Source: Nemertoderma westbladi (taxonomy: Eukaryota; Animalia; Xenacoelomorpha). From it: a stretch of 38,113 nt of DNA. Numbering within the stretch: the stretch's first letter is position 1; every line of letters begins with the position of its first letter. The position numbers were made by a program, and so were the translations under genes. The notes under the pieces are model-generated. The model had not been told where the DNA came from and did no database searches. It saw only the letters and a list, made by a program, of their open reading frames with translations. This document shows, piece by piece, positions 35,262 to 38,113 of this stretch. The stretch lies in the NCBI GenBank assembly GCA_032718475.1, contig JAUCBJ010008768.1:1-38113 (forward strand), given 5' to 3'.

Positions 35262-35779
35262 CAACCAAATTTATTAAAATGAATCCAACAAATTTTCAAT
35301 TTTTGCTTATACATACAATACTAATGCGGGTCCTAGTAAACTTCCAAAAGAACCCAAAAAACCCATAAGCATAAGCATCTAAATCTGAAAATAACCGATC
35401 AGTGTATGAGTAATCGGAAAGTATTATTCAATAAAAAAGGAATTCAGACATTCATGCCATCTAGCTAGAGACTGTTTAAAAGATGGTTTCTAAAGTTTCT
35501 CAAAAATCTAATCTTTTGCTCTTATTGATGCCTTTAAATTTTCAATTCGACAGCTTTAAATCCTACAAAGTTGGATCCCCCGCCACCCCACTAACAGTGT
35601 CAGTTCGCAGAGGCTCTGCAAACTTCGTGGCTCGCCCCAAACCCACATAAGATAAGAGTGAAAACAAATCACTCAAATTAAACAGTAGGCTACCTTATAC
35701 TAAATCAGTCGCAGTCTAGAGAAATGCGAGATTATGGTTGAGATACATATTGATAGTTGGCTTAGGCCTACTGTAGATT

Positions 35780-36230
35780 TTCCAACCAAAAACAATAAAC
35801 GTTTTCCTTAGCAATAGAGGGAAAGGAGCAGGTTACAGACGCGGTATTTTCTAACCAAAACAAAAAACGTTTTCTTTACAGAGGCGGGTTTTTCTAACGA
35901 AAACAATAAACGTGTTCTTTAGTAATAGGCCTACAGGGAAAGGAGCAGGATACAGTGGCGGGGCTTTTCTACCGAAAACAATAAACGTTTTCTTTAGCAA
36001 TACAGGGAAAGAAGCAGGTTACAGACGCGGATTTTTCTAGCCAAAACAAAAAACGATTTCTTTACTGAGGCGGGTTTTTCTAACGAAAACAATAAACGTG
36101 TTCTTTAGCAATACAGAGAAAGAAGCAGGTTACAGAGGCGGGCTTTTCTAACCAAATCAATCAACTATTCCGGTAAGATACAGGGAAAGGAACAAGTATC
36201 AAGTGTTAGTATTTTAACCTAAACAAAAAA
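35780..36230 (+). repeat. Diverged ~60-bp tandem repeat; single units are dispersed elsewhere in the window
   Basis: GGGAAAGGAGCAGGTTACAG...TTTTCTAACCAAAACAATAAACG units; single units at ~3392-3441 (-), ~19993-20040 (+) and ~21515-21563 (-). Confidence 0.8.
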
Positions 36231-36774
36231 ACTACAGTATCTCACATTCCCAATTGAGACAAAAGAGTAGGTTATCTAAAATAGACCACAGTACTAAAAT
36301 TCTGAAATAATTAGTAAATTATTTTTAAGTAAATAGTGATATAGCAAATTTCACAGTATCAGTAAGCCTACGTGTATTGCAGTTCCGCAATATTATTCTT
36401 TCTAGGGTTTAGGCAATACCTTTACACCACTCTTTCATTATACGGTAGGCCTACTGATACAGGTAATGATGGCCTAAGAGAACAGAAGTAGTACCGGAGA
36501 GGTTAAATCGGAAGAATAAAACTAAAAACATGACCAAAAGTCAAAATAAACGGACATAATAAGTGTTTTATAAAGAAAATAAAATTTATTCTTTAAAAAA
36601 AATCCCCTAGGCACCTATGAATCTAACAAAATATGGCCTTTCCAATACACCCATCCACCCACCTCCCAATGGTAGGCGAAATGCCATAAGGGTGTGAAGA
36701 CAAATTCTCAACATCACATGCGCTGTGCTGGAATTCGGAATTCGGGCAAGGGGGGGGGGGGGGGGGGGGGGGGG

Positions 36775-37095
36775 GAGCGACATGATGACGGTTACGAGAT
36801 ATTAGTGGACCTACTCGAATCCATGGTGGGAACCCTTTCAGGTCAAATGGAAATAAGTAAAACTGATCCGCGGCTGTTTATTAGACAGTGCAAGAATCGA
36901 AGTCATTAGCGTTCATCAAGTCTGCCGTCGCTATAGATCTAAAGGATATGGAGAGGGGCATTGAAAGAGTTGTGGTAGGAGTGAGGCGGCGTCTGCAGTT
37001 TGTGTGCTTTGTTTGTTTGTCCACTTCAATGTGCTTTTGTGGCGGCCGGCGATCAAGGCACGCACACCCTGGGTTTCGTCGATGGTGCTCACTTA
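36775..37095 (+). mobile_element. Highly diverged, internally deleted CRE-clade RLE 3' fragment
   Basis: ERHDDGYEILVDLL, MVGTLSG, ERGIERVVVGVRRRLQF..SMCFCGGRR and, in a shifted frame, LGFVDGA. These match the ORFs at 25469-26058. Confidence 0.65.
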
Positions 37096-37386
37096 TTGGC
37101 TTACAATTGTTTGATTCATTTGTATTGTGCTATATTCAGTGATTTTATGCTATGCGATTATTGAATACAGTCGAGTTAAATAAATCTTCAAAACAAATTG
37201 CATTATACAGTACACGCCTATTTCGTTCTTTTCGGTTCTTTTGGGTGTTTTGGGGTTCTTTTGGGTAGTTATTTTTGGTTCTATTGGGTTCTTTTTGGTT
37301 CTATTGGGTTATTTTGGGTTTTTTTTTAAACCATGTGACATCCATAACTCCTACGCATGCCACTACCTTAAACAATTTATAACGTA

Positions 37387-37859
37387 CGGTGGCTGATTAT
37401 TTCAATTTTTTCAATGTTTTTCACCCGGGTGAAAAACCTTTGTCATCCCGGTAAACCCGGGTATTATATTTATAACTGTTATTAATATAAATGAAGTTTG
37501 ATTGATCGTTTTGTGTAGCCTCATCCAATTTAAATATTCATTCATTCATTCCACACCCCCCCCCCCCCCCCCCCCCCCCCCTGCCATATATGTCCAGTAA
37601 TGGAAATAATCTAAGTATTATGCTTAAATATTATTCTTAAGTTTGTAATATTTTGTTGCTTGATTCATAAATAATAAGTACTGTGACTGTGACTAGTGAC
37701 TTAATTATATGGATCTAATACCCTTCCTCCCTCCCGCCATGAACGAGTGAAAAGGATTTTCACAGGGGTGAAAAGGGATTTTCCTCCGGGTAATAAATGT
37801 ATTTCACCCGGGTGAAAAAAATTAAAAAGGTGAAAATAATTAGCCGCAATCAGCCACCG
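37387..37859. mobile_element. Tc1/mariner-type MITE (473 bp)
   Basis: TIR CGGTGGCTGATT / AATCAGCCACCG flanked by TA on both sides. Subterminal palindromes TTTCACCCGGGTGAAA lie at both ends, and there is an internal poly-C tract. Confidence 0.7.
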
Positions 37860-37937
37860 TAATAACGACATATTCAGGCCAACAGTACAATACATAACAT
37901 GAAATAATCTAAATTAACAAAAAAAAACAACTACAGT

Positions 37938-38113
37938 ATGTATCTATTACGTTTCAATTTAACTTCAAAGAGTCGTTTGAAGTTAGTTACCTTGTGCAAG
38001 GTATTATGCGGCAATATTGGGGTATGGGCAATCGGTACGATTGTGTTTGGACTCCATGTAATGTTCGGCAATGGGCGAGCCAAAGATATGACCACAACCG
38101 ATTATGATGATGG
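37938..38113 (+). CDS. 5' end of a second peripherin-2/ROM1-like tetraspanin (runs off the window)
   Basis: Open frame MYLLRFNLTSKSRLKLVTLCKVLCGNIGVWAIGTIVFGLHVMF..., with 26 of 40 residues identical to the N-terminus/TM1 region of the 8629 gene. Confidence 0.85.
   Translation, partial: MYLLRFNLTSKSRLKLVTLCKVLCGNIGVWAIGTIVFGLHVMFGNGRAKDMTTTDYDD

Overview
AT-rich, repeat-dense eukaryotic DNA, most likely from an invertebrate animal. No prokaryotic features are present. Most of the window is decayed or non-autonomous mobile DNA: a PIF/Harbinger element and Harbinger MITEs, a Ginger derivative, a Tc1/mariner-type MITE, three APE/RT LINE remnants, three diverged CRE-clade RLE retroelement 3' ends, tRNA-derived SINE-like elements, foldbacks and several minisatellites. 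The only host genes recognised are two same-strand paralogues of the peripherin-2/ROM1 (RDS) tetraspanin family. One is intronless at 8629-10255 with a single 1-nt frameshift. The other starts at 37938, runs off the window and is not in the ORF track. The main finding is that the first copy has a long C-terminal tail, proline-rich and ending in a WH2-Central-Acidic (WCA/VCA)-like segment. This suggests a membrane-shaping tetraspanin fused to a WASP/WAVE-type Arp2/3-activating module. All assignments come from motif recognition by eye; no searches were run, and repeat boundaries are approximate unless target-site duplications define them.
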